Positions 45,079-53,346 of a DNA stretch of 64,000 nt are shown here, piece by piece. The stretch's first letter is position 1. The number at the start of each line of letters is the position of its first letter. The DNA lies in contig JAIEMA010000014.1 of the NCBI GenBank assembly GCA_019752535.1, forward strand, positions 42,036 through 106,035, in the 5' to 3' direction. Below the pieces are notes generated by a model. It was not told the origin of the DNA. It made no database searches and saw only the letters and a program-made list of their open reading frames with translations. The position numbers and the translations under genes were made by a program. This DNA is from Bacteriovoracaceae bacterium. Lineage in GTDB: Bacteria > Bdellovibrionota > Bacteriovoracia > Bacteriovoracales > Bacteriovoracaceae.

Positions 45079-46382
45079 TCAATTTCTCCGGCACTTAGGT
45101 CACAAAGTAGTGTTTTTTGCTTCTTGTATGTTACCATTCCTGCAGCTCCAGTCACACCTCGAACGTACTTAACTTGTGTCATAATTATTTCAATTTGTGT
45201 TGCAGTGATTCTTGATTGATTTGCTATAAGTTTTGCCGCTTGGGTGATGACTTCAAGAGTTGGTACAGAGTCTGTGGCTAGCTTGATTATTGCATGTGCA
45301 CTTTTCCCATTTGCTGCGTGTACCCACCAATCATTTCCTTTTGACCAGAGCTTTCTCATCTCATCGTTACCAACCGCACTTGCCCCTACCGCAATTTTAA
45401 ATTTATCAAAACTATGAATGATAAAGTTATCTTCCTTTTTGGGAGCAATGAAAGCTGATTTTTTGCTGGACCAGACGGGCCCTGAAACATGTAGTGTGTT
45501 AATGATTTTATCTGTCTTATTTTTTAATTCCTCAATCTCCTGCAAGGATTCTTCTTGTCGTTTTCTCTGCAATGCTTCAGCTTTTTTTAATCGTTTGACC
45601 TGATCAAATATCCAGTCCCTTTTCTGCCATGCCGTTAGATTTCTAGGAAATTTGTATGATATTCGATTAACTGTAATTTTTTCATTCTTTTCGAATTCAT
45701 CTTCAGAAAAATCATTTACGACATAAGACTGAAGATTTTTCCAGTTCATGATTTTTTCTAAATCATTGCCAATTTTCTTTATTTTATTTTCAATTGTTTT
45801 AATTTTTTTATTTGGTGACCCTTTTGCCTTTGCATCTTTCACTTCTGATTCCAAAAGAGTCTTTATTGAAATACTATTTTCAGCACTATCTCCAGTGTCT
45901 TTGATTTCTCTTCTGCCTACCTCATTCATAATCTCAAAGCCATCCTCTCCTTCTCGCCTCTCGGTCCATGATAAAAACCAATCTCGATTCTCGACTTTAT
46001 ATTGAGCAAAATAGGCATTTCTACCAATCCAAGAAACATAGAGAAATTCTTTTCCACCTATTTTCTGAAATTCAAGCCTAATCCCTCTATCGATGGGATC
46101 CATAGAAATACCAATGAGAAGTGAGCTGGTGAGATTTTTTCGACTCCATTCAACCCATTGATCTTTTTTGCGAATAAAACTAACCGGCACTTCATCACCA
46201 ACCCAAAAGCCTTCATATCCATGGCCACGTCCTATGTAAAAAACTAAATTTTTTCCAGGGAACCTTACCTGTAGACATAAATACCGTGAGGTTCCATAGA
46301 TTTTTTGCACGTGACCAGCGTGAGAAAGACTTTTCTTCGCAATATCGACTTGCTGTTGAATCTGAAAATAGCGTGATATCAT
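45075..46382 (-). CDS. Compact NFACT-family protein (RqcH/FbpA-like: NFACT-N, coiled coil, NFACT-R/DUF814)
   Basis: 435 aa. N-domain with ...SLLIGISMDPIDRGIRLEF (DR dyad). Central coiled coil. C-terminal DUF814-like GASAVGNDEMRKLWSKGNDWWVHAANGKSAHAIIK...QIEIIMTQVKYVRGVTGAAGMVTYKKQKTL. Confidence 0.65.
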   Translation of the reverse strand: MISRYFQIQQQVDIAKKSLSHAGHVQKIYGTSRYLCLQVRFPGKNLVFYIGRGHGYEGFWVGDEVPVSFIRKKDQWVEWSRKNLTSSLLIGISMDPIDRGIRLEFQKIGGKEFLYVSWIGRNAYFAQYKVENRDWFLSWTERREGEDGFEIMNEVGRREIKDTGDSAENSISIKTLLESEVKDAKAKGSPNKKIKTIENKIKKIGNDLEKIMNWKNLQSYVVNDFSEDEFEKNEKITVNRISYKFPRNLTAWQKRDWIFDQVKRLKKAEALQRKRQEESLQEIEELKNKTDKIINTLHVSGPVWSSKKSAFIAPKKEDNFIIHSFDKFKIAVGASAVGNDEMRKLWSKGNDWWVHAANGKSAHAIIKLATDSVPTLEVITQAAKLIANQSRITATQIEIIMTQVKYVRGVTGAAGMVTYKKQKTLLCDLSAGEIE

Positions 46383-46391
46383 TTAATCACC

Positions 46392-48758
46392 ATGAAAGAC
46401 TCTGATAGTTCATCATTTAAGATCCCCGAATGGCCTCTGGTTCTAGAGAAGATAACTGCCTATTTCTTTTTTGATTGTAACAAAGAACGCCTTTCAATTG
46501 ATGATATTCCATTACCCTACAAAGCGATTGAAGCTTCATTTGATCGAATTCAATTTTTTCAAGAATATTTGATTGATGAATACACCCATTCATTTGCTAC
46601 ATCACTCGCGCCTCTTGATCCTCAGGTCTCCTTACCTGACTTGGTTGGTTATCTTGGGAAGGCCGGTTTTTTAAATATCAGAGACCAAAACCGTTTAGTA
46701 CTTGCTTGGGAGTCTGCACTAAAGCTCTCAAAGAGCAGCTCTCGCCACTTACTTAATCCCGTAACCAATCTGCTGCCACAGCTGCAGATGAATGAAGTCA
46801 CTAAATTCCTAAAAGAATTCCGCTATCTCGTTACGAAAGATGGAATCATTGATCACTCAAAGCATCCAGAACTTCAACAATTGACGAACCACTTATACGA
46901 ACAAGAAGATCGCTTAAGAAAAATTACCCAAGATCTTATTCGTTCAGAGGATTGGAAAAATCTACTCCAATATGACGGTTTTGACGTATTGGATGAGAGA
47001 TATGTTTTACCCGTAAGAACAGATTCATATCGTGTTGGTTTAGGCATTATTATTTCAAGATCAGAATCTGGATCTACTCTTTTTGTTGAGCCACACGTTT
47101 GTAGAGATCTTGCTTTTAAACGACTTGAAACGTTATCTCGAATAAAAGAAATCACATTTCAAATTGAAAACAATTTTCATAAAAAACTTGTCTCACTCTC
47201 ACCAGAGGCTGCTGAGGCGATCAATTCACTTTTATTGTTTGATGAATTTCTAGGTAAGTCTCGCTTTTGCCTCTCCTTTGGATTGAGCCGTCCTAAGATA
47301 CGAGACCGAGCGGGCTTTGCATTCCATGACCTCTTTCACCCATTAATCAAGAATCCCGTAAAGAATGATGTCTATATTGATTCAGTCCACACAGCTTTAG
47401 TGATATCTGGCCCCAACACAGGCGGAAAAACCGCATTACTTAAAGCCATCTCTCTTTCCTATCAATTGTATTTAAGTGGCCTATTTGTCCCGGCACTTCA
47501 CGCTGAGCTTTATCCCTATCAGACGCTTTTTTTTCTCGCTAATGATCTGCAGGATATAGGCCAAGGTCTCAGTTCTTTCTCTGGAGAAGTTCTAACATAT
47601 TTGAAACTTTCTGAAAGATTGAGTGCCCACAATCTCATTTTAGTAGATGAAATATTTAACTCAACAGGATCTGACGAAGCTTCAGCGTTAACACTTTCTA
47701 TGATTGATAATTTCAATCTTCGAAAACAATCTCATTTTATTTTATCTACACATCATCAACTTTTAAAAAACTTGGCGGGTGAACGTCCAACTGTACTTTC
47801 GGGCTCAATGGGTTTTGATGTTGCCGAGATGAAACCTAATTACCGTTTTTATCAAGGTGTCCCAGGACAATCCATGGCCGTTGAAATTTTTGAACGTCTC
47901 GCCCAGGATAATCCCTATGGTAAACTGATTGGTGAGGAAGCTCGCAATCTTCTTGATAAGAAGCAAGTAAACTATGAAAAACTAGTTCAGCAAGTGGCTC
48001 AAAAGGGTAGAGAGCTTGATGAAATGCTACAGGCGAACCGCGGCAAAGAGCGTGATCTCATGAATCGTGAAAAATCTCTCGAGGGGATAATGAAATTGCG
48101 AATGAATGATGAAATCACACGCGCAAAAAATCGTATTGAGCAAATAACAAAAGAAGCCCTTGAAGTTTTGGATCTAACGAAGTCTGGAGATATTCAGAGA
48201 CCCAAAAGGGCCGAAGACCGACTTAATGACTTAAAAAGAAACCTTGAAAAAGAGTTCGGAGAAGCAAATCCAACAACTCCCATGGAGGGTGAGGATAGTG
48301 CAGACATTTTACCTGTTCATATGTTGAGACAGGGAAATATTTATTATAATACTTTTCTAAAAAAAGAAGTTCAGCTTCAAAGTATAGATTGGCGGAAAAG
48401 ACAAGCCGTTGTGGCCAAGGGGTCGCTCACAGTCACAGTGCCACTTAATACTTTTAAGAAAGGGACAACGACAGTTAATTCATTTCAACAAATTCGAATT
48501 AGCGTCACGCGCGAAACAGAAAGATCATTCATTCTTGATTGTAGAGGAATGCGCCTAGAAGAATTCCAACATACAGTAGAAAAGAGTCTCGGCGACTTAC
48601 TCTCTGGAGACACTCCCGTCTTAAATGTAGTGCATGGGCATGGAGACGGTGTTCTAAAGGCATGGCTTAGAGGCTACATAGGAAAACATAAAGACTTCAA
48701 ATGGAGCCCTTCAGAAACTGGAAACGATGGCGAAACAGAAGTTAGACTTAAAGACTAG
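46392..48758 (+). CDS. mutS2: MutS2 (MutS-family ATPase with C-terminal Smr domain)
   Basis: 788 aa. Walker A ISGPNTGGKTALLKAI, Walker B LILVDEIFNSTGSDEASAL, and the Smr domain ILDCRGMRLEEFQHTVEKSLGDLLSGDTPVLNVVHGHGDGVLKAWLRGYI. Confidence 0.9.
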   Translation: MKDSDSSSFKIPEWPLVLEKITAYFFFDCNKERLSIDDIPLPYKAIEASFDRIQFFQEYLIDEYTHSFATSLAPLDPQVSLPDLVGYLGKAGFLNIRDQNRLVLAWESALKLSKSSSRHLLNPVTNLLPQLQMNEVTKFLKEFRYLVTKDGIIDHSKHPELQQLTNHLYEQEDRLRKITQDLIRSEDWKNLLQYDGFDVLDERYVLPVRTDSYRVGLGIIISRSESGSTLFVEPHVCRDLAFKRLETLSRIKEITFQIENNFHKKLVSLSPEAAEAINSLLLFDEFLGKSRFCLSFGLSRPKIRDRAGFAFHDLFHPLIKNPVKNDVYIDSVHTALVISGPNTGGKTALLKAISLSYQLYLSGLFVPALHAELYPYQTLFFLANDLQDIGQGLSSFSGEVLTYLKLSERLSAHNLILVDEIFNSTGSDEASALTLSMIDNFNLRKQSHFILSTHHQLLKNLAGERPTVLSGSMGFDVAEMKPNYRFYQGVPGQSMAVEIFERLAQDNPYGKLIGEEARNLLDKKQVNYEKLVQQVAQKGRELDEMLQANRGKERDLMNREKSLEGIMKLRMNDEITRAKNRIEQITKEALEVLDLTKSGDIQRPKRAEDRLNDLKRNLEKEFGEANPTTPMEGEDSADILPVHMLRQGNIYYNTFLKKEVQLQSIDWRKRQAVVAKGSLTVTVPLNTFKKGTTTVNSFQQIRISVTRETERSFILDCRGMRLEEFQHTVEKSLGDLLSGDTPVLNVVHGHGDGVLKAWLRGYIGKHKDFKWSPSETGNDGETEVRLKD

Positions 48759-49549
48759 TCGATTAACTTACCAATTCTCCAGGGCCTGAAAGCTAAGCTC
48801 TCCTGCTCATCTCCACCCCAAGGCCATGGAAACGAAAGCGAAAACCAAATCGCAATGGCACGACCCTTAATATTTCCAAAGGGCACAAATCCCCACGAGC
48901 GAGAGTCAGCTGAAAAATCTCTATTATCGCCCATCACGAAATAATGGTCGTTGGGTACAGTGACCTTATAGAAATTTGAATTAAAAATATTATCTTGATC
49001 AATTTGAGTTACGTGTTTGTGTTCGCCAGTCAGTGTTTCGAAAAACTTAAAATTATATCTTTTGTATTTTTCATCCATGTCTTCAATCTGCTCTTTGCCA
49101 TCAATGGCTTTGAGAGATAAGGGCACACCATTGATGTAAACAACTTTATCAACCACTTCTATTGTATCGCCAGGAAGACCAACAACTCTTTTAATGTAGT
49201 TTAAAGAATGATCTTGTGGATATTTAAACACAACAACATCACCTCTTAATGGCTTAGAGGGACCAGTAATGTAGGTTGGATCGGAAAACCAATCAGAAAA
49301 TGGCACTTTAAATCCATAGCTAAACTTATTAACTAAAATAAAGTCACCAATCAACAATGTGGGAATCATTGAGCCCGAGGGAATCTTAAAAGGTTCAAAT
49401 AAGACTGAACGAAAAAGAAGAACTGAAAAAATAATAAACGTGAAAGACTTTACTTCTTTGACGAATTTCTCTTTTTTGCTTGGTTTGGTTGGAACGACAG
49501 TTGATTCCTCTGTCGTAGTCGTTTCTTGGTTTAAGTCCTGTTGTTCCAT
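48755..49549 (-). CDS. lepB: Signal peptidase I
   Basis: Preferred start is ATG 49549 (AAGGA 5-6 nt upstream). TM FIIFSVLLFRSVLF, catalytic Ser box IPSGSMIPTL, Lys box YIKRVVGLPGD, and GDNRDFSADSRSWGFVP. Confidence 0.85.
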   Translation of the reverse strand: MEQQDLNQETTTTEESTVVPTKPSKKEKFVKEVKSFTFIIFSVLLFRSVLFEPFKIPSGSMIPTLLIGDFILVNKFSYGFKVPFSDWFSDPTYITGPSKPLRGDVVVFKYPQDHSLNYIKRVVGLPGDTIEVVDKVVYINGVPLSLKAIDGKEQIEDMDEKYKRYNFKFFETLTGEHKHVTQIDQDNIFNSNFYKVTVPNDHYFVMGDNRDFSADSRSWGFVPFGNIKGRAIAIWFSLSFPWPWGGDEQESLAFRPWRIGKLID

Positions 49550-50796
49550 ATTTTCCTTCGTAAGTACGACGATTGTCTCGAAGTACCCCAAATAAGTTCA
49601 TAGATTTCGCGAGCGATTTGAGTCGATTTAACATACCACTTTTTCTTGTTCACAATCATGACACAAAGAGAAACTCCACGATCTTGAGCATTTTTTGGAT
49701 CGCGAGAGTAACTCACAAACCAGTCTCTTTTTCCGAATGGCTCTCCACCAGTAATGGATCCCGTTTTACCAGCAATTTCAAGTTCTCTTAAAGAAGCTGG
49801 AAGCCTTCTAAAGGCGCGACGAGCTGTTCCGTCATCAACTGTGGCCATCATCATTTTGCGCAAATCTGCGGCAGTCTCTGTTGCAATCACTAGCTCTTGT
49901 TCTGGTGATGGCTCCCAGATCACATTACCTTCCTTATCTTCAATCCTTTTTACAAGTGACGGCTTTCTCATCACTCCACCATTGGCAATGACACTGGCAA
50001 TCATTGCACCATGAATAGGACTGATCATGGTGCTCACATTAAGCCCTGAAGCAAGTTCCGCCAAATTATATTGATCAATCGCTAAAGGAAACACCGAGCT
50101 CTTGGCTTGTGCGAATGGAAGAACTTCTTTATTAAAACCGAATTTTTCTGCCATCCTCTTGAGTCCAGTTGGCGAGAGATTATCAAGGGCAGCTTTACCA
50201 AATATTACATTGTTAGATCTTGCGAATGCATGTTCAAAATCTGTCTTGCGAGACCAACGTCCACCGTCTTGCTTGAGTTGATGTTTGTATAAGGTTGTAG
50301 ATTTTCCAGCAAACTGAAACTGTGTCTCATTTCCGACATGAGTGTTCTCAAGTAAATCTGCGGCTGTTATAATTTTAAAAACACTGGCCGCAGGATGAGT
50401 CGGTGAAAAAGTTGATAAGCGATGAGGCCTGTCATCACCTCTGGCAATATCAATCGCGGCCAATACATTCCCATTGTTGTTATCGATCACTACAACAGAA
50501 GTAAAATCTGGGCGATATTTTTTTATAATTTGAGCAATTGATTCTTCAAGTTCAGGTTTAATTGAGTAAAGGATTCTGTAGTTTTCAGCGTTCACCTTCA
50601 GCTGATCTGGCAATTTCCCTGTTTCATAGAAATTTTTATGAAATTCATTTTTAAATTTTTCAGGATCAAAAGATTTTCCTAAAAGAGAAATCTTCTTGAG
50701 AAAATCTAACGGATTAGCACCGGCCGCAAAGGATGCGCCCAAAGCTAATACAATAATAAGAAGCCATCCAAATTGGCTTCCAAGCATTCGTTTCAT
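49531..50796 (-). CDS. Penicillin-binding protein (transpeptidase-domain, monofunctional)
   Basis: 421 aa. Signal anchor, then SxxK (AASVFKIIT), SxN (ARSNNVIF) and KTG (AGKTGSITG) motifs in the correct order. Confidence 0.75.
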   Translation of the reverse strand: MKRMLGSQFGWLLIIVLALGASFAAGANPLDFLKKISLLGKSFDPEKFKNEFHKNFYETGKLPDQLKVNAENYRILYSIKPELEESIAQIIKKYRPDFTSVVVIDNNNGNVLAAIDIARGDDRPHRLSTFSPTHPAASVFKIITAADLLENTHVGNETQFQFAGKSTTLYKHQLKQDGGRWSRKTDFEHAFARSNNVIFGKAALDNLSPTGLKRMAEKFGFNKEVLPFAQAKSSVFPLAIDQYNLAELASGLNVSTMISPIHGAMIASVIANGGVMRKPSLVKRIEDKEGNVIWEPSPEQELVIATETAADLRKMMMATVDDGTARRAFRRLPASLRELEIAGKTGSITGGEPFGKRDWFVSYSRDPKNAQDRGVSLCVMIVNKKKWYVKSTQIAREIYELIWGTSRQSSYLRRKIWNNRT

Positions 50797-50805
50797 ATCT
50801 ATGAA

Positions 50806-51450
50806 TTATGCCTTGAAACCTTTCGCGATGACAAAAAATTCTTTAGAAACACTTCGTGTTGATTTAGGGCGAAGGTAGTGAACTTCATTAAACCGACTCT
50901 TTTGATTTTTTAGGAAATTCTGTGCGTCTTGGCTTTCAAACACCTTAATCACAAAATTACCACCCGGTCTCAATAGAATTGGTAGTAAGTTGAATACAGA
51001 TTCTACCAAATCTAAACTTCTTGCTTGGTCCACCGTCTTAATGCCCGTAGTGCTTGGGGCCATATCAGAGAGAACAACATCAAAAGCTCTCTCGGATCCA
51101 AGATCTTCTGGCCCCTTTAATTCAAAAATATCCTTCTCAAAAAGAGTCGCGTTTGGGAGTTGAAGTTTTTTGTTGATGGGTTGAATGTCGATCCCAAAGA
51201 CTCTTCCCTGGGGTCCAACTTTTGGTCCAGTGTATTGCGCCCAGGATCCTGGGAAATAGCCGAGGTCGACTACGAAATCACCACTTTTCAATACTTTAAA
51301 GCGTTGATCGATTTCTTCGAGCTTATAAATTGACCTAGCGAGGTATTTCTCGTCTTTGGCTTTGTTGTAATAATGGTCTTTTACTTTAAACATTTCCCGA
51401 AGATGCCAGAGGCCAGAAAGCTTTGGCAACTTTTGCGAGAGGAGAGCCAT
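50806..51450 (-). CDS. rlmE: 23S rRNA (uridine-2'-O)-methyltransferase RlmE/FtsJ
   Basis: SGLWHLREMFKVKDHYYNKAKDEKYLARSIYKLEEID aligns with the RlmE N-terminus (..RWLQEHF.D.YV..A...G.RSRA.YKL.EI). DLGYFPGSW and VLSDMAP are present. ATG 51450 is preferred; ATG 51393 and TTG 51462 are alternatives. Confidence 0.8.
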   Translation of the reverse strand: MALLSQKLPKLSGLWHLREMFKVKDHYYNKAKDEKYLARSIYKLEEIDQRFKVLKSGDFVVDLGYFPGSWAQYTGPKVGPQGRVFGIDIQPINKKLQLPNATLFEKDIFELKGPEDLGSERAFDVVLSDMAPSTTGIKTVDQARSLDLVESVFNLLPILLRPGGNFVIKVFESQDAQNFLKNQKSRFNEVHYLRPKSTRSVSKEFFVIAKGFKA

Positions 51451-52101
51451 GTGAATAGGCAAGAGAAGGCAAAAATCGTCTATGAGAGACTTTCAAAAAA
51501 GTTTCCAGATGCTCATTGCGAACTTAACCATGAGACTCCCTTTCAATTACTCATTGCCACTATTCTCTCTGCTCAATGCACAGACGTGCGAGTGAATATG
51601 GTAACACCCCTTTTATTTAAGACCTTTCCAACTCCACAGAAGCTCGCTAAAGCCAAGCAAGAAGCTGTAGAAGAGATCATTCGATCAACAGGTTTTTATA
51701 AAAATAAGGCAAAAAATATAATTGGTTGCGCCCAAGCCTTAGTGAGCAAGCATAACTCAATTGTTCCCGAGAGCATTGAAGAGCTTTCCGATTTACCCGG
51801 CGTCGGAAGAAAAACCGCAAATGTTGTTTTGAGCAACTGTTTTAATGTGAATCATGGTGTGGTCGTTGATACTCATGTGAAAAGAATCACTCACCTTTTG
51901 GGACTTACTAAAGAGAGTACTCCCGAAAAGATTGAGATTGATTTGATGAAGCTTTTTCCCAATGAAGAATGGGGAATGTTAAGTCATCTGCTTATTTTTC
52001 ACGGAAGACGAACATGCATAGCTAGGCGTCCGCAGTGCGATCTTTGCAGCCTGGTAGATATTTGTTCTTTTAGCTCAAAAAAATCTCGCTCAAAGAACTG
52101 A
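51451..52101 (+). CDS. nth: Endonuclease III
   Basis: GTG 51451 with GGAGA 5 nt upstream gives VNRQEKAKIVYERLSKKFPDAHCELNHETPFQLLIATILSAQCTD, co-linear with the Nth N-terminus. HhH-GPD LPGVGRKTANVVL. [4Fe-4S] cluster CIARRPQCDLCSLVDIC. Confidence 0.85.
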   Translation: MNRQEKAKIVYERLSKKFPDAHCELNHETPFQLLIATILSAQCTDVRVNMVTPLLFKTFPTPQKLAKAKQEAVEEIIRSTGFYKNKAKNIIGCAQALVSKHNSIVPESIEELSDLPGVGRKTANVVLSNCFNVNHGVVVDTHVKRITHLLGLTKESTPEKIEIDLMKLFPNEEWGMLSHLLIFHGRRTCIARRPQCDLCSLVDICSFSSKKSRSKN

Positions 52102-52798
52102 AGGCTTCATCTTTGCACCAAATCATGGGTGCTTGATATTTGACCTCATCTAATGATGATATTTTTCTTCTGCCAGAAAATAAGTGAATCCCTCTCTCTT
52201 CACAGAGCATTGTCCCCGCCGCAATATCCCAAATATTTTTGGGCTTAAGAGTTACGACATAGTCGCAAGCCCCAGCTGCAAGAAGAGCGAGTTTCAAAGC
52301 GATGCTCCCTCTGGGGGCGAGATGAGCCTGATTGAATTTTTTAAATAGACCGCTCTCCCACTCAGACCTTGAAACGAGTCCAGTGAGATAATCGAGATTC
52401 ATTTCCTTAGCAGGCCAATTAGATTTATTTTCACTCACCATTGAGAACCCAGTGTAGGGATTGAGGATTAAGCCGTAGCCTTCACTGATCTTTGACGAAG
52501 GCATCCAGGCCACACTCACAGCGCACTCGGCTCTTGAAGCAACGAATTCACGAGTCCCATCGAGTGGATCAACAATCATGGCAGGAAAATTCAATTCACT
52601 GTGATCTTCCTCTGAATAAAAGCTGAAACCCTTTGAAGCAGAATGATTTTTACAAAAATCAGAGAGGAGAATATCGATATTTGTGACGAGAGAATTGTCC
52701 GATTTGTAATCTGTCTTCTCGCCAATCTGGTGACAAATATCACCACAAAACTGACGAAGGTCAGTTATAAACTGTTGGCCCAGGTAAGATGCAAACAT
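52070..52798 (-). CDS. Inositol monophosphatase-family phosphatase (SuhB/CysQ-like)
   Basis: 242 aa. FYSEED, IVDPLDGTREF and NIWDIAAG are the family metal-binding motifs. Confidence 0.8.
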   Translation of the reverse strand: MFASYLGQQFITDLRQFCGDICHQIGEKTDYKSDNSLVTNIDILLSDFCKNHSASKGFSFYSEEDHSELNFPAMIVDPLDGTREFVASRAECAVSVAWMPSSKISEGYGLILNPYTGFSMVSENKSNWPAKEMNLDYLTGLVSRSEWESGLFKKFNQAHLAPRGSIALKLALLAAGACDYVVTLKPKNIWDIAAGTMLCEERGIHLFSGRRKISSLDEVKYQAPMIWCKDEAFSSLSEIFLS

Positions 52799-52989
52799 AA
52801 TTTTGGCCTAATCTCCCCATTGTCCTATGAGATTTCCACAGAACTTTGAGGGGTCCACTGGCTTCACTTATGTTGTTTAGCCGAAGCGCTGAAATAAGAA
52901 TTTCAACAACTTCTATAAATTTTCACTAGCTGCAAAGCATTATAAAAAGCCTTACAGACAAGCTTGACAGAGGTACTTATCCCCCAAAA

Positions 52990-53271
52990 TCAGCTCTGTT
53001 GGTCGTACATGGCCAACATTTCTACCCAGCCATCCTCGGCCACAGATAAAGCAAATACTCCATCTGTCTCAGCATGCTGACCATCAACCACACTGGTGAC
53101 CAACTTCACACCATTAGCATCTACGTAAACAAATGGCTCAGACGGCGAGTCAGGGATGGGGGACGGAGCTTCTAGGGACTGGTAGTTCGAGAGAAAATTC
53201 GCAACAACAAAAGCGGTAAGGGGGGCTTTAAACAAGAGGTCCTCCTTGAGCCGAACATGAGGGACATTCAA
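52990..53271 (-). CDS. Orphan 93-aa ORF in a GC-richer islet (coding status uncertain)
   Basis: ATG-initiated ORF. A TTGCGG-N18-TACAAT promoter-like element (53316..53287) sits about 15 nt upstream, with no clear SD. Codon usage (CTC, CCC, TCG, CCG, GAG, AAG) is unlike the neighbours. No recognisable family. Confidence 0.35.
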   Translation of the reverse strand: MNVPHVRLKEDLLFKAPLTAFVVANFLSNYQSLEAPSPIPDSPSEPFVYVDANGVKLVTSVVDGQHAETDGVFALSVAEDGWVEMLAMYDQQS

Positions 53272-53316
53272 TTGTCCCGTTAATAAATTGTAGCGTCATC
53301 TCACGATTGACCGCAA

Positions 53317-53343
53317 GGGCCAACATGGCCCCGTTACTTTTTT
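53317..53343. terminator. Terminator-like hairpin downstream of the 500-aa membrane protein gene
   Basis: GGGCCaacatGGCCC stem-loop. It is flanked by an A-run (minus-strand sense) and cgttacTTTTTT (plus-strand sense). The T-run is better placed for plus-strand transcripts. Confidence 0.3.
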
Positions 53344-53346
53344 ATG

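Noticed and set aside
52800-53346. Structured RNA gene (tRNA, tmRNA, RNase P RNA, SRP/4.5S, 6S) in the long gene-poor, GC-richer gap
   Set aside because: I looked on both strands for GGTTCGAAT-type T-loops, the tmRNA 5' GGGG..TTCGAC / 3' CCACCA ends and a tag ORF, the RNase P GGAAAGTCC/P4 motifs, and the SRP GGAAGCAGCC motif. None were found. A novel RNA cannot be excluded without covariance-model searches.
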